Below the pieces are notes generated by a model. The model was not told the origin of the DNA and did not search any database. It worked only from the letters and a program-made list of their open reading frames with translations. Both the position numbers and the translations under genes were made by a program. Shown one piece after another: positions 1 to 11,680 of a stretch of 64,000 bases of DNA (position 1 is the stretch's first letter; each line of letters opens with the position of its first letter). The stretch comes from Rhina ancylostomus (taxonomy: Eukaryota): contig JARFYF010000119.1 in assembly GCA_030265395.1 (NCBI GenBank), forward strand, positions 27,621,982 to 27,685,981, in the 5' to 3' direction.

Positions 1-140
1 TCTTTCAGTTCAGATGAAGGGTCTTGACCCCAAATGTCAACTGTCCATTTCCCTCTACAAATGCTATCTGATCTGCTGAGTTCCTCCAGCAGTTTGTTTT
101 TTGCTCCAGCTATCGCCATTTGCAGTCTCGTCTATCTCTG
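1..140 (-). repeat. Copy of an abundant short dispersed repeat (probably a Penelope-associated terminal repeat)
   Basis: Reverse-complement match to 62110-62230 (ctgctgaagaaactcag…gcagcatctgtggagggaaagg…gtcaacgtttc). Related copies at ~5355, 6670, 9135, 10146, 10820, 11175, 22540, 26545, 27085, 45360, 48610 and 54470. Confidence 0.7.
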
Positions 141-681
141 TCATCATCAAAGAGTATACCTTCTGTGACAAATGAAGTATTCAGCGTATTCTTTGGGAGG
201 CACAGAGTTGCAGTGCTCACCATTCAGATTTGTAGCAGTAAGGGAGCATATGTTTATTTTACTTAGGGTCACCAAGTGGAGCAGACATTATGTTATGGTG
301 GAAACAAGATGCTAGGATATGAGTTGATTACAGAAATGCCTGCAGTGACAATCATGGGGTTGAGAAAAAGACCCACAAAGCAATGTAACAAGCTGGCCAG
401 ACAATCAGACCAGAGTGAGGTCTGGGGTCAGCAAAAGACAATCTTCTATCAGTGGTCTGAGTCACAGACATCAGCTGGGTGGCAACTTGTCTTGATTGGA
501 GCAATCAGCTCGTCACGATGGATAGCAATTCAAAGGAATCTATTTGACTTGTTTGAGAGCCAGTTTACAGGGATTTTAGGACAAGAGCTCACAAACAAGG
601 TACGAAGCAAGGGGACGTCTGCTGTATGAGATAAATTCAATTGTGTTTGGCACATACAAATCCAATTGAGAGATGCAACAG

Positions 682-791
682 CACTAATTCTAGCGAATCC
701 ATTCAGCAATTCTGTACACAACAAGTTTTTAAGCTACACACTTAAAGACTTATTGTTGTGTATAGAATTGCTGAATGGATTGAATTGAGTG
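682..791. repeat. Long near-perfect inverted repeat (hairpin)
   Basis: aatccattcagcaattctgtacacaacaa (696-724) is the reverse complement of 753-781 with 1 mismatch. An inner stem (gtttttaag/cttaaagac) and an outer stem (cactaattc/gaattgagtg) extend it. Confidence 0.9.
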
Positions 792-1169
792 AGATGCTTT
801 ATGGGAGAACTGCACTGTAATGTGGAGGCTGGTCAAAACGTCTTTATGGTCCTATCGGGGATGTAACAGCAAACATGGGCTTACTAATGTCAGCCCAAAG
901 CACTGCAGCCAAAGTGTGGCAAGGCAGATTGAAAGTAACCATAGCAGAGTTGAAAGCCTTGAAACAACCCAGAAAGGGAGAGTTGCAAGAGATCTTGCTT
1001 TTAATTCTGTTACATTTTGACAAAAAGACAGTCTGCCAAGGATTTGGTTATCTCAGATGTCCTACAAAAAGTAAAGGCTGTTGAAACTACATTTTGATGT
1101 CTACAGGTATGCATATCCACATTGCCACTTTAATTTGTTGGATTTGTTCGGAAGGTGAGGATGGAATGC

Positions 1170-1213
1170 ATGTTACAGCAGAAGAACACAGGACTGTTTA
1201 ATATCCATTTATT
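1170..1213 (-). terminator. Candidate polyadenylation signal and downstream GU-rich element
   Basis: Minus strand reads AATAAA(1213-1208)tggatattaaacagtcctgtgttcttctgctgt. Other AATAAA hexamers lie further upstream in the UTR (e.g. ~1820, ~1957, ~2931, ~3383). Confidence 0.55.
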
Positions 1214-3564
1214 TATAACTGTTGCTATTGTAATGAAAAGAATAGAATCACTAATCCTAAATATAGGTCTAAATAATACATACAGTAAAGAAACAACCAT
1301 ACATCTTCCAAAAGGTTGGACAGTTGAAAATATAGGTTACAAGAACAATTCAAATAGGTTGATTAGAAATATAGATAACAAAACATAGAAATAGCACTGA
1401 AGGCCACTTGTTTGAAAATCATGTTTCTTTTTAATTTGAAACAGCAAAATGGTATTCACTCATTTATAATTGTCAAGAAAATGACTCCTGGGCAAGGCAC
1501 AAATACCTGTCAGCTATTCTCAGTTTCAGTATATTTACCTTTAATAGTTTGAAATATTATTATAAAACACAGAGTAGAACAAAGTGTTAGTGTTACAAAA
1601 GGTATGGCAGGCCCTTTTATATTTTACTCTTAAAGAGACAACATCCCCTTCCTTTCTTTTTATGTTGAACTACTGAAAATATTGTGAAACTGAACTGTCA
1701 CAAATAAAAGCTATCCTTGGCCTGTTTATCATTCAAAGGAACCACTACATCCAATCTAAAAATACATTTTTATACCATCTTTCCTTTCTATAATTAAATC
1801 CTGAAAGATTTCATCTGTTTTATTTGAACTGTATTAGTTTCACAAGCATTTAAGGATAATGTTTTATATCCTGCTAAATACTCAACAATAAAACTACAGT
1901 CTCCCACCTATCTGATTCAGACTTTTAGACGGGTTAGAATCATGGAATGAGCTTTTTATTTTAAAACACAGTTGTATCATATTATCCTATAAGCCAACCA
2001 TGCTGTCAGAAAACACTGGGAAAATGCATCAAATGCCTGCTAAGGGAAATGGAAGTACTATTCTCTAGATGTACCGATTTTTCAGACATAATCCAATGTA
2101 AAAGGCATAAAGGGAAAATTATTAAATATTTCAGTAACAGTGTCCAATGACAAGGGAATACATTAATTAGCATGAACTCTTTCTCATTCTGGTAACTACC
2201 TTTACTTGTGCAAGTTTCCTGGAATCAGAAAGCAGAATTTTAAAAAAAATCCTTTGCTGAGAAAGAAAATCGGTGGGGTAATATGGAGGTACTCTCACTG
2301 AGGGCAAAGAGATCATGAGACATGACATGTACCTGTTAACGTATTATATTGTTGATTGAACACAAATATCATTCAACTCTTTCATAACACATCCAGTTTA
2401 GTTCAATCTACAATTGAATGTTACTTATTTCAGTCTTTTGCTACTTCAATTACTTCAGCACTAAATTAATAATTTCCTTATTTTCTATTGCTTCATTCAA
2501 ATAATAAAATTATTGATATATGTTGCTCTATTAATTTTTAACAATTTGTCATCGAAGATCTTGGTCTGTGTCCATGAAAGCTATAGATTCACAAAGCTTG
2601 CAGCTCTGCAGTACACAAACATGTTACAAAACTAATAAGTGATATGCTATATATCTGTTAAAATTCCAGCAATGTTATTTTATACCACTATTATACTTTT
2701 CAGTTAGTCTTACTAAACTAACAATCGGTTTCAGGTCATAGCAGATCATTTGACGACATTTAAGGTATGACAAGGTAAGTGCACTTGAAGAGGTGCAAAA
2801 GGTTCTGAAAACATCTTTAGGATTAAACATAAATTCCATAACCCACACACAACAGAGACATGATGAAGTCTGAAATTTGCACCATGTATGAGGTAGCACC
2901 ATAATCCCCATCAGTTGCTCCCCTAATTATTTTATTCCACCAGCCCCCTAAATTGTAGCTTTGGGGACTTTTGCATTTCACAAAGGATATTATGTTGCTT
3001 GTTTTTCACAATATGTATATGGGAGCAGATTTTTCAATTTAGTTTTGTATTTAAAATTCAGAATAGACTTCTCAATTTTTTTTGATGCTAGCAAAATGGC
3101 AGAGTTATAAAATGTAACAAAAAAGAAATGCCATGGTAAAACCCACCTAGTTAGTTAGGCTAATGAAAGGAACACTGTCTCTTTGAGAGTCTATTTGCAG
3201 GTCAAAGCACTGTTAAAAACAAATGTACCTAATAACTTTCTGCATAGATTCTAACCCACATATATTGTAGGGATTAAAATTACATAGTTACTATACAATA
3301 ACACAGAAGAGATGTAGCTTTGTTATTAATACGGTTCAAATTGCTCATGCACTAACATGCAAATCTTTACAATTTCCAAAATTTATTTATGAAAAAACTG
3401 CTTCTGGAATATTGAAAATGTTAACAGTTGTCTAGCATTATGCCCATGCATTTCATGCAATGTTGTCAGTGAATCATGTAACAATAAGCTCTGGATGTTT
3501 TGCATAAAGCAAGGAATGTGACTTTTTTTATAGCAACTGTACATATGTCAACCAGTAACCACTG
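1190..3564 (-). other. KCNQ3: Probable KCNQ3 3'UTR (~2.4 kb)
   Basis: AT-rich stretch with no recognisable interspersed repeat, lying directly after the stop codon and ending at an AATAAA plus a GU-rich element. The 3' end is inferred. Confidence 0.6.
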
Positions 3565-4311
3565 CTAAACTGGTTTATTTGATGTAGACCATATATTGTC
3601 AGGAAGTACTTCCCCTGTAGAAGACAGAGGCGCAGAACCACATGGTGTATAAGGATCAGTATCTGTGTCTGTTTCACCCTCTGCTAAATAAAGTTTTGAT
3701 TTTGGCCAACTTCCTCCCCCATAAAATCCAAAAGTCAAGTCATCCTTTGACTGAGAGATGCTGAAACCACTGGGAGATCGCTGCAGCTCTTCATGGTTGA
3801 CTGAAAGGAGGGAGATGGGAGTATCACTGTCTCTTGTGCTTCTCCCTTGTCTCACTGTTACTCTGTCTGAGAAAGGACTTGTTAACTCTCCTCCTTGATA
3901 GCCGGGGCATACATTATCGTGCGTGTCTGTCAATGAACAGATTGGAAGGACTGTTGGTCTTTCTGTGTATGATGGAGCAGGAGGTGGAGGAAATCTCGAT
4001 AAATCAGCAGCTAAAGATGTAAACTTTGTACTTCCTGTATTCTGTCTGAAGAAACCAAAAGGAGCAACAGAAGAAACTTGGACTTGATAACAATTTTGGG
4101 GCACCATGTAGGTGCAGGAATCAGAATAGTTTGAGATGACTCTTTTAATTTCAGAGTATTTGTCTTCCACTTTGTCATTAACTGGACTTTGCCTAGTGGA
4201 AGGCCCTGCCCCTCTTGCTGAATAATACCCAGTTGATGCCGAATGCTGAGTGTTCATCTGCTGAATGTGCATGTCCACGAGGAAGTCAATCTTCTTCTCC
4301 ATTCCTTCTAC
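3565..4311 (-). CDS. KCNQ3: KCNQ3 terminal coding exon (equivalent of human exon 15): end of helix D, distal C-terminus, ankyrin-G-binding motif, stop
   Basis: Acceptor ccatcacAG|GTA GAA GGA ATG. Translation [15 protein letters not shown]...ERPTVLPI...[28 protein letters not shown]...[16 protein letters not shown]...SNKPV* closely matches the recalled human KCNQ3 C-terminus (…[26 protein letters not shown]…SNKPI). Confidence 0.97.
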   Translation of the reverse strand, partial: [248 protein letters not shown]

Positions 4312-5189
4312 CTGTGATGGATCAAAGAAGATGCAAACAATTTAATAACTTAGTAAAAGAAGATGAGGAGAAACCTTGTGAGAAATAGTTTTGAAATTTC
4401 TTCCTGAATTTTATTCTTCATTAAGGCTTTCAAAAAGGTAGAAACTTGACTGACCACCTTATCTAAGGCAATGTACAAATTAACGTTGTCATTTGCAATT
4501 TATGTAACATATGATCAGCTAATAATTGATTGATTTTTGATTTTGAAAATCAATCAAAATTATTGATTTTCTCATTTTTCAGTGCAAACCCAGCAAGATG
4601 ACCAAGACTGCTTCAATCCAATACAGTGATAAAACTATACACATGATATAAAGCAAGAATGCTTGCAATGAAATCAAGTTATCAGCTTCACTTGGCAAAG
4701 GTATCCTTCCAAAACATGCAACATCATTCTGTGAATTTCCTTGTAATACTTTGAAAAACTCAAAATATATAAAATAATTTGCAGGAATGCTTAGCATTTT
4801 GCAAATGTTAGGACCATTCCATACACTTAATGCAATTAAACTGAAGGGTTTATCAGCAAAAAGAGTGGCTCTCTTTGTGATTAGTTTCACAGTGCCACTA
4901 GTGCTTTTCACCTAAATTACCAGCAGCTCTTAGAAACTCCGAGGTAAATGCCGGCTGGCAGTAGTCCACTGGGAGGGAATGGAAGCAGCAGGTACTGTGA
5001 GAATAATGGTATGACAATAATATGACAATTAGATTCTGATTTGGGTCCTCCTTATTTCTCACATTTCTTCCTTTTCTCCATCTCAGTATTGTTTATTTAT
5101 GGAATCATATTGATAAGCAACACAGAAAGAAGGGATCAGTACAACTTTTAGTTGCCAGCTTTTCCATAGTAATGACACAGGAGTGCAAT

Positions 5190-5800
5190 ATAGGCTCATT
5201 TGATTGATTCCTGGAATGGGGAGATCAGCTACAGGGTCAAGTTGAGTTGACTAGGCCCAAATCTATTTGGAATGTAGAATTATTAAGAGGTTTTCAAGGG
5301 CAGGTACTGGGAGAGTGCTAACCTCTCCAGGAAGGTTAGAACCAGGAATATAAAATAAGCTGCTGGATGAACTCAGCAGGTCGAGCAGCATCTGAAGAGG
5401 CAAAGGGATGGTCGACGTGTTGGGTCAACCCTGCATCATTACTGAGAGAGTAGACGGAAGATAGCCAGTATGTAGAAGTGAGAGGGAGGGGTGAGATAGA
5501 GGCTGGTGAGTGATAGGTGGAACCGGAGGAGGAGTAACCTGTCTCCATAGAAACAAGAATCTCAGTTTCAGAATAAAGGCCACCCATTTGAGACCAAGAT
5601 AGTGACATTTCTTAACTCAAAGCAGAATGAATTTTTTGGTGCTTTTCCCTAGAAGATGCTCAGTCATTGAATATATTCAAGACAGAAATTGACAAAAAAT
5701 TTAAGGAATATTTCAGGAAAGTGCTATTCAAGTTATCCTATTGTACGGCAGGCAGAACAGGCTTCAAGGGCCAAATGGCCTACAGCCTACCTCCTGAGAT
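5190..5800 (+). mobile_element. Degraded CR1 LINE 3' region, interrupted by the short dispersed repeat (~5355-5530)
   Basis: CR1 3' hallmarks such as gaatatattcaagacagaaattga and ggcagaacaggcttcaagggccaaatggcctac. Confidence 0.55.
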
Positions 5801-6669
5801 CAAAATCTTGAACCTAACTCAGGAAAATGTCAAAAGTAAAATGCAATTCTCTAAGTAGACTTTAACCCTGAGGAAAAGTAATTCATTTCAGCTTCAACTC
5901 ATAAATAGTATTCTTTCATAAAATTCAGTCAAGAAATTCAAAGACTTCACATGTTTTCCCTGAACCAGTATGTGAGTAATTACACACAACAGGGCAGTTC
6001 GAGAGCAGGAAGGGTCACAATTGAGTTTTAGATAGGGTTGAGATTATTATACTCACTGGTAGAATATTTTTTTGGTTTACATTCGGAGGAGAATGTAAAC
6101 CAAAAAGATAAAGTGGAAGAAGAAATAAAGGTGTAGCACAGAAAAGAAAAGTAAAATGTTAAAGGCAATAGTTATAAAAACTGATAAAAGAGGGATTACA
6201 ACAAATAAAATTGCTCAGTGAACAGGTGGATTTGACACATATGTAAGTAAATCCATTAAGCACGNNNNNNNNNNNNNNNNNNNNNNNNNNNNNNNNNNNN
6301 NNNNNNNNNNNNNNNNNNNNNNNNNNNNNNNNNNNNNNNNNNNNNNNNNNNNNNNNNNNNNNNNATATGTAAGTAAATCCATTAAGCACGCTTTATAAGT
6401 TGGGCAGCTAGAACCACTAATTATTAAGGGAGTTTTGTTTAAGAATGTTGTTTAGATGAGGGTATGACTAAGGCATAATATGTTAAGGGGAAACAGAGCA
6501 AAATTGAAGTTGAACTTAAAAACGATGTGGGGTGGGAGTTGTTGCAAATCCTAAATACATTTAGGAATTTATTGCCTGACAATGAAATAATGGAAATAAA
6601 TCACAGGAAGAGATTTGCAAAAATAAATAAGGTGTGGGCCATAATAATGGGTGGCATTCATTATTCAAA

Positions 6670-7330
6670 ACCGAAACAGAAAATGGAAATAGTCAGCAGA
6701 TCAGGAAGCATCTGTGGGAAAGGAAATGGAGATGAGATCTCAGGACTAAAAAAAGTTACAGGTTAAACAAGTTTTAAGAGGTAGAGAAAATTAGAGGTAA
6801 AACAAATTTTAAGAGGCAGAGAGAAAATGGGGATGGGGCGGGGAGAAGAAAATGGAAGGTCAGTGAAAGGGCAGAGGGTTGGAAAGATCAGATGCCAAAA
6901 AAGGATAATATTGTAATGTGAAAAAAATAGTGGTTCTAGAACAAGTAAAGAAACAAAAGTTTGGTCTGGAGGAGACATAAATGGGCGAAGCAGGACCATC
7001 ATCTAAAATTATCAAAGGAAAATACTGTACATGCTGGAAATCTGAAATTAAAATGAATTCATTGTTGAACTAATTGTTGAGTCAGGAAGACTGTATTGTG
7101 CCTGGTCAGAAGGTAAAGTGCTGTTGCCCCAGTTTACATTGAGCTTCTTTGGAACAAAAAATTGAGGGTAAGGTCAGAGAAGTCGGAGAGGGGGAATTAA
7201 ATTGTCAAGTGACTAGAAGTCACTCTTGTGGGACTCATTGAAGGTGTTCACCAAAGAAGTCACTGAATATGTTTTTGGCTTCCTTAGCCTGGAGGAGACT
7301 GCATTGTGAATAGCAAATAGCACATCCCAA
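6670..7330 (-). mobile_element. Penelope-like element remnant
   Basis: Purine-rich body plus the terminal-repeat family; resembles the reverse complement of 11300-11590. Confidence 0.5.
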
Positions 7331-7854
7331 ATGGGTACTGGAGTATTGGCAGCTGGTTACATTCTCATTTCATTGACATTGCAGTAAGTAATAAATAAAT
7401 ACTTTAAAGTATGAAAAGAACTGGAAAATAGAGAGAATAGGCCATTCAGGCCCTGATTCTTGCTCCAAGATCATGGCTGATTTTCTAGTTCAGCACCACT
7501 TTTTGCACTAATTCTATTTGCCTTGATTCCCATAATATCTGAAAATGTCTGCCTTGAAAATACTCAGCATATGAATTTTCACAGCTCTGAAGAATAGTGA
7601 ATTCCAAAGATTCACTGCCTTCCAGTGAAGTAATATTTTTCTCATCTCACTCCTAAAAAACTGATCTTGTTGCTGAATGGCCTTGGTCAATGCCTTTAAT
7701 TCCTACAATACTACTTTGCTGTTCTTGCTGCTCACAAGAACTACAAAAGTACATGGCAAAGACCTTCAGTCTGAAAGGGAAAACCTCAATGCCCTTCAGA
7801 ACAATTCATAGCTGCATTGTCATTGGTTAGTGACCAATAATTTGAAGCATTTAC

Positions 7855-7939
7855 CTGTCTTTCAACCTTGACAAATCTTCCCATCATACTTTGGTCTTCA
7901 GCCTCTGGATCAGTAGCTTTAGCTACATCAGGGTCGATT
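7855..7939 (-). CDS. KCNQ3: KCNQ3 exon (human exon 14 equivalent, 85 nt), helix D start
   Basis: ttatccattAG|A ATC GAC...GAA AGA CAG|GTaaat; encodes IDPDVAKATDPEAEDQSMMGRFVKVERQ (human …EDQSMMGKFVKVERQ). Phases 2/0 fit the neighbouring exons. Confidence 0.96.
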
Positions 7940-8908
7940 CTAATGGATAATATTTTAAGCAGATCTACATTAACAGGAGTTTTGAATGATTTCAGATGCA
8001 TAAAACAAATACTAGATAATATTCCATAATGAATCTACGATATTGAAAATAGTTAACCATATTTCTTTCTGCTTCATTTGTCTCGTGTGACTCCTTGATA
8101 CAGTTAAAAATCTTGCTTTATTTTAAAAAAATAACATGTACATTCTTCCACTTAAGGGTTGATGATGCTGAATCTACTGTATGTACTTGTAGTATCATGA
8201 TGATGTCAAGAAAGAATAACAGGACCTCATTTCAAACAGTTGGGATCTGGAATTAGTTGCTGAAATGTTAATTGATGAGAATAGGTAGTTTTCCTTGTTA
8301 CAGATGTTCAGCATAACTTAATCCATAGTCCATTTTAGGGTTTAAAACTCTCTGGCATATTACCATTTCCAACATGCTCCTATACAAGGAATAAAATGGA
8401 AATGCCAGATATTAGGTATACCCAGATATGCTGGATATGGACACCCAAAAAGGGGCATCTTGGATAATCTTGAAGCAAGGGCAACTAAAAATATTCAAAT
8501 GTTGTCCACTTACAAGGTGGCTGTTGGGCTTGTCCAATCAACTATCCAGGTGTGGATGTAGCCCTGTAAGTGTCCATCACCACCAAAAAAATACTGCTGC
8601 TGAACCAACCTCGCATTGCCACTATCACCACCCACCGCAAATTCCCTTTCTTTTCCTGTTTAGCCCAATGTAAACCTGTGATGTCAATGAATTTCAACCC
8701 TCCTTTTCATCACAAGAAAATAATACTAAAATGTATAATTGCATGTTAGAATAGCCAAAATAGTGATTCTGATTAATCTTCAATAGGCAATGCAATCTAT
8801 AGGATTAACGGATAATGGATCATCTAGAGCTATTACATTAAGCGAAAGCGTAAACTTTAATATATAATTAATGTGTTTACTATAATTTATTTAATTTAAG
8901 TTTCTTAC

Positions 8909-9007
8909 TTGGGTGACTGTTGAAAAGGATATACAAAACCTCCTTTTAGGCTTGTTTTTTTCTGCTTGGGAGTTGATGGAGGTGCAGGTGCAAGAATCAT
9001 ATCAATC
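8909..9007 (-). CDS. KCNQ3: KCNQ3 exon (human exon 13 equivalent, 99 nt)
   Basis: gttttacAG|G ATT GAT ATG...TCA CCC AA|GTaaga; encodes (R)IDMILAPAPPSTPKQKKTSLKGGFVYPFQQSP(K), compared with human RIDMIFTPGPPSTPKHKK…QQSPR. Not present in the ORF track. Confidence 0.95.
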
Positions 9008-9899
9008 CTGTAAAACAATACAAAGCATGACACACAACCAACAAACTAAGTTTTGTGGTCAGAATGATTCTGAACAGTTAATGTGTTCTCAGTGCAATGA
9101 GTGAAATGATTCAGTCAGAAGATTCCAAACCAAAACCATGCAGATGCTGGAAATCTGAAATAAAACAAAAGGATGCCAGAAATATTCATCAGGTCGGGCA
9201 GTATCTGTGGAGAGAGAAACAATATTAATATTATAAGCCTGTGACGCATCAGGTCTGAAACCTGACCTACTGAGTATTTCCAGCAGTTGGTGTTGTTACA
9301 GTAGATTTTATCAGTTTATTCATTTAAAAGCTGTTTCAAAGTTCATCCCTGAAAGATTAATGTTTGTATCAGTGGGGATGCCTGACAGAAAACTCTCTAT
9401 AGCTCTTCCTTGTCTCACTGCCATAATAAATCAAAATTTAAAATTATAATCAGCTTTGCTTTGAATTTAGCTGTTCATTTGTGGGTATTGGATTAATACT
9501 AAGATGCAATGTGTCTGTAAGTGTCTGCATTAATTGCCTATTATATATGGAGAAAGTAATGTCACAATATACCATATCAGTTACCTTCTTTTCCCCTCTG
9601 CCCAAAAATATCTGCCATGGATTTTGCTGGAAATGTTAACTGTTAACAGTACAGTGTGATCAAAAAGCAACTTGGACCCTGGTGAAACTACAGAACCACT
9701 AGGGAATCTCCTTAACCAAGTAGATATAAGCAAAGAGAAAGGAATCGAGAAAACAACAGAGAAGTAAATGTATCTTTTCTGGAACAAGCAGGCAGTTTCT
9801 CTCTTTTTCTTTGTAGTGAATGATGTCTTTCTCTGCATGTGCTTTTGTCCTCTATATTTTCTAAGCATCATTACCGAACAGACACAGAAAGATGTACAG

Positions 9900-10031
9900 T
9901 ATATCAGGGTAGGAAATTAATCACTGGGCAGATTGATGAGGGTAGTGCTGTAGCTGTGGTCTACATGGATTTTAGTAAGGCATTTGACAAGGTTCCACAT
10001 GGTAGGCTTCTTCAGAAGGTCAGAGGGCATG
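9900..10031 (+). mobile_element. CR1 LINE ORF2 reverse-transcriptase fragment running into a gap
   Basis: Translation IDEGSAVAVVYMDFSKAFDKVPHGRLLQKVRGH is a canonical CR1 RT motif. Confidence 0.9.
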
Positions 10032-10145
10032 NNNNNNNNNNNNNNNNNNNNNNNNNNNNNNNNNNNNNNNNNNNNNNNNNNNNNNNNNNNNNNNNNNNNN
10101 NNNNNNNNNNNNNNNNNNNNNNNNNNNNNNNNNNNNNNNNNNNNN

Positions 10146-10570
10146 CAAAGGACTGCAGATGCTGGAATCTAGATGAAAAACACAATGATGCTGGAGGAAC
10201 TCAGCAGGCCAGGCAGCATCCGAGGAGAAAAGCAGGCTGTCAATGTTTCAGGTCAGGAGCTTTCTGCAGGACTGAAGACAGGGAGAGGCAAAGCCCAATA
10301 TATAGAAAGGAAAAGCAGAGCTGTGATAGGTTGTCAAAAGAGGGGAGACAGGGTGGGCACAGGGTTGATGCAGGTAAGAGATAATGATAGGCAGGTGCGG
10401 GGGAGGAAGGGAGAGCAGATCCACCGGGGGATGGGTCAAAGGTAAGGAGAGAGAGAAGGAAAAAAGGACTAGGAAAGGGAAAAAGAGAAGCATGGTGGTC
10501 GGGGGGGGGTGGGGTTTGTGGGAATGGAGGGGAGGTGCGGTGTGGGGATTACCTAAAGTAGGAGAATTTC
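10146..10570 (+). repeat. Short dispersed repeat with a purine-rich tail (Penelope-associated family)
   Basis: ctgcagatgctggaatct…gctggaggaactcagcaggccaggcagcatc, same family as 62110-62680. Confidence 0.65.
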
Positions 10571-10899
10571 ACCTGAAGTGAGAGAAGACTCCACCATGTT
10601 CCTCATGAGGGCAAGGCTGCAGATGGACTATTAAACATTGCTACTCAAAGCTGTTCAATGTAAAGAATTACATTTAAATTAATCTCACTAATTTTTTTGC
10701 CTTGGACTCTGGCTGTTGCTGTTGACAGTACTCAGCATTTGTTAGTGCTGAATTACAGCGATACACTGATCTGCCCTTGTAAACCTACCATGAACTAGCC
10801 ACAGCTACTTCCAGACATAAACAATGAAAATGCTGGAAATACTCTGCAGGTTGGGCAACACCTGTAGAGAGAGAAGCAGAGTTAATGTTTCGGGTCAAT

Positions 10900-11590
10900 G
10901 ATCTCTCATCTGAACCCATGTCATTCCACTTCTCAAACTTTTATTTGCACCCTTCCTGATTCCTACCACAACCACAACAGGGCTCATAATATCCTCACCT
11001 TCCACATATATTTTCCCCTCCTTTCTCTTGCAGCATTCCAAAAGAACCCTGCACCCTACAACATCCAGGTTAATTCCACACTAACACCCCCCTCCCTCCC
11101 CCCCCACCCACCCGCACAGCATATATTCTTTTGCAACAAAAGGCAATTCCATAACTTTTATTTTACTGAAAGAAAAAAATTGCAGATGCTGGAAATTGAA
11201 ATTAAAACTCAAAATGCCGAGCAAGTCAAGAGGCATCTGTGGAAAAGTAAACTGAGTTAATATTTTAAACTGTTGAAGCTGCCTTTTTAGCTTCTCCCAT
11301 CGCACTGCCCATGAATCCAAACACTTTCCAGGTGATTTATTTGATTGGTATCTCATCAGCATAGTATTCCCTGCTCAGAACGTGATCTCCTCTACGTTGG
11401 GGAGACCAGACACAGAACAGATGGCTGTATTACGGACACTTCCACTATGTCTGCAATCAGGACTCTGAGCTTCCAGCCACCTGTCACTTCAATTCTCCAT
11501 CTCATTTCCACTTTGAACTCCTTTGGCCTCCTTTACTTTTCCAAATAATGCAGCATAAGCTCAAGGAATAGCACCTTGTTCTAGAATTTG
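10900..11590 (+). mobile_element. Penelope-like retroelement remnant (GIY-YIG endonuclease region)
   Basis: Degraded translation IPCSERDLLYVGETRHR resembles the C..C..YIGET motif of PLE GIY-YIG endonucleases; many frameshifts. Confidence 0.65.
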
Positions 11591-11680
11591 ATTACCTCCT
11601 ACAAAGGAATATTAAACAATTACTGTCTGATGGGCTAACAAATGTTTTATTCTGAGGCCATTGCTTGGAACTACAGTGTA

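Noticed and set aside
276-1388. Short plus-strand ORFs downstream of KCNQ3
   Set aside because: No domain similarity or exon structure; consistent with chance ORFs.
4521-4565. AT-rich hairpin aataattgattgatttt…aaaatcaatcaaaattatt
   Set aside because: Short and low-complexity; easily generated by slippage.
6239-6390. 26-bp exact direct repeat atatgtaagtaaatccattaagcacg
   Set aside because: The copies sit exactly on either side of a 100-N gap, most likely an unmerged contig overlap.
9585-9611. 27-nt in-frame pseudo-exon between exons 12 and 13
   Set aside because: Purine-rich weak acceptor, and it would interrupt conserved helix C.
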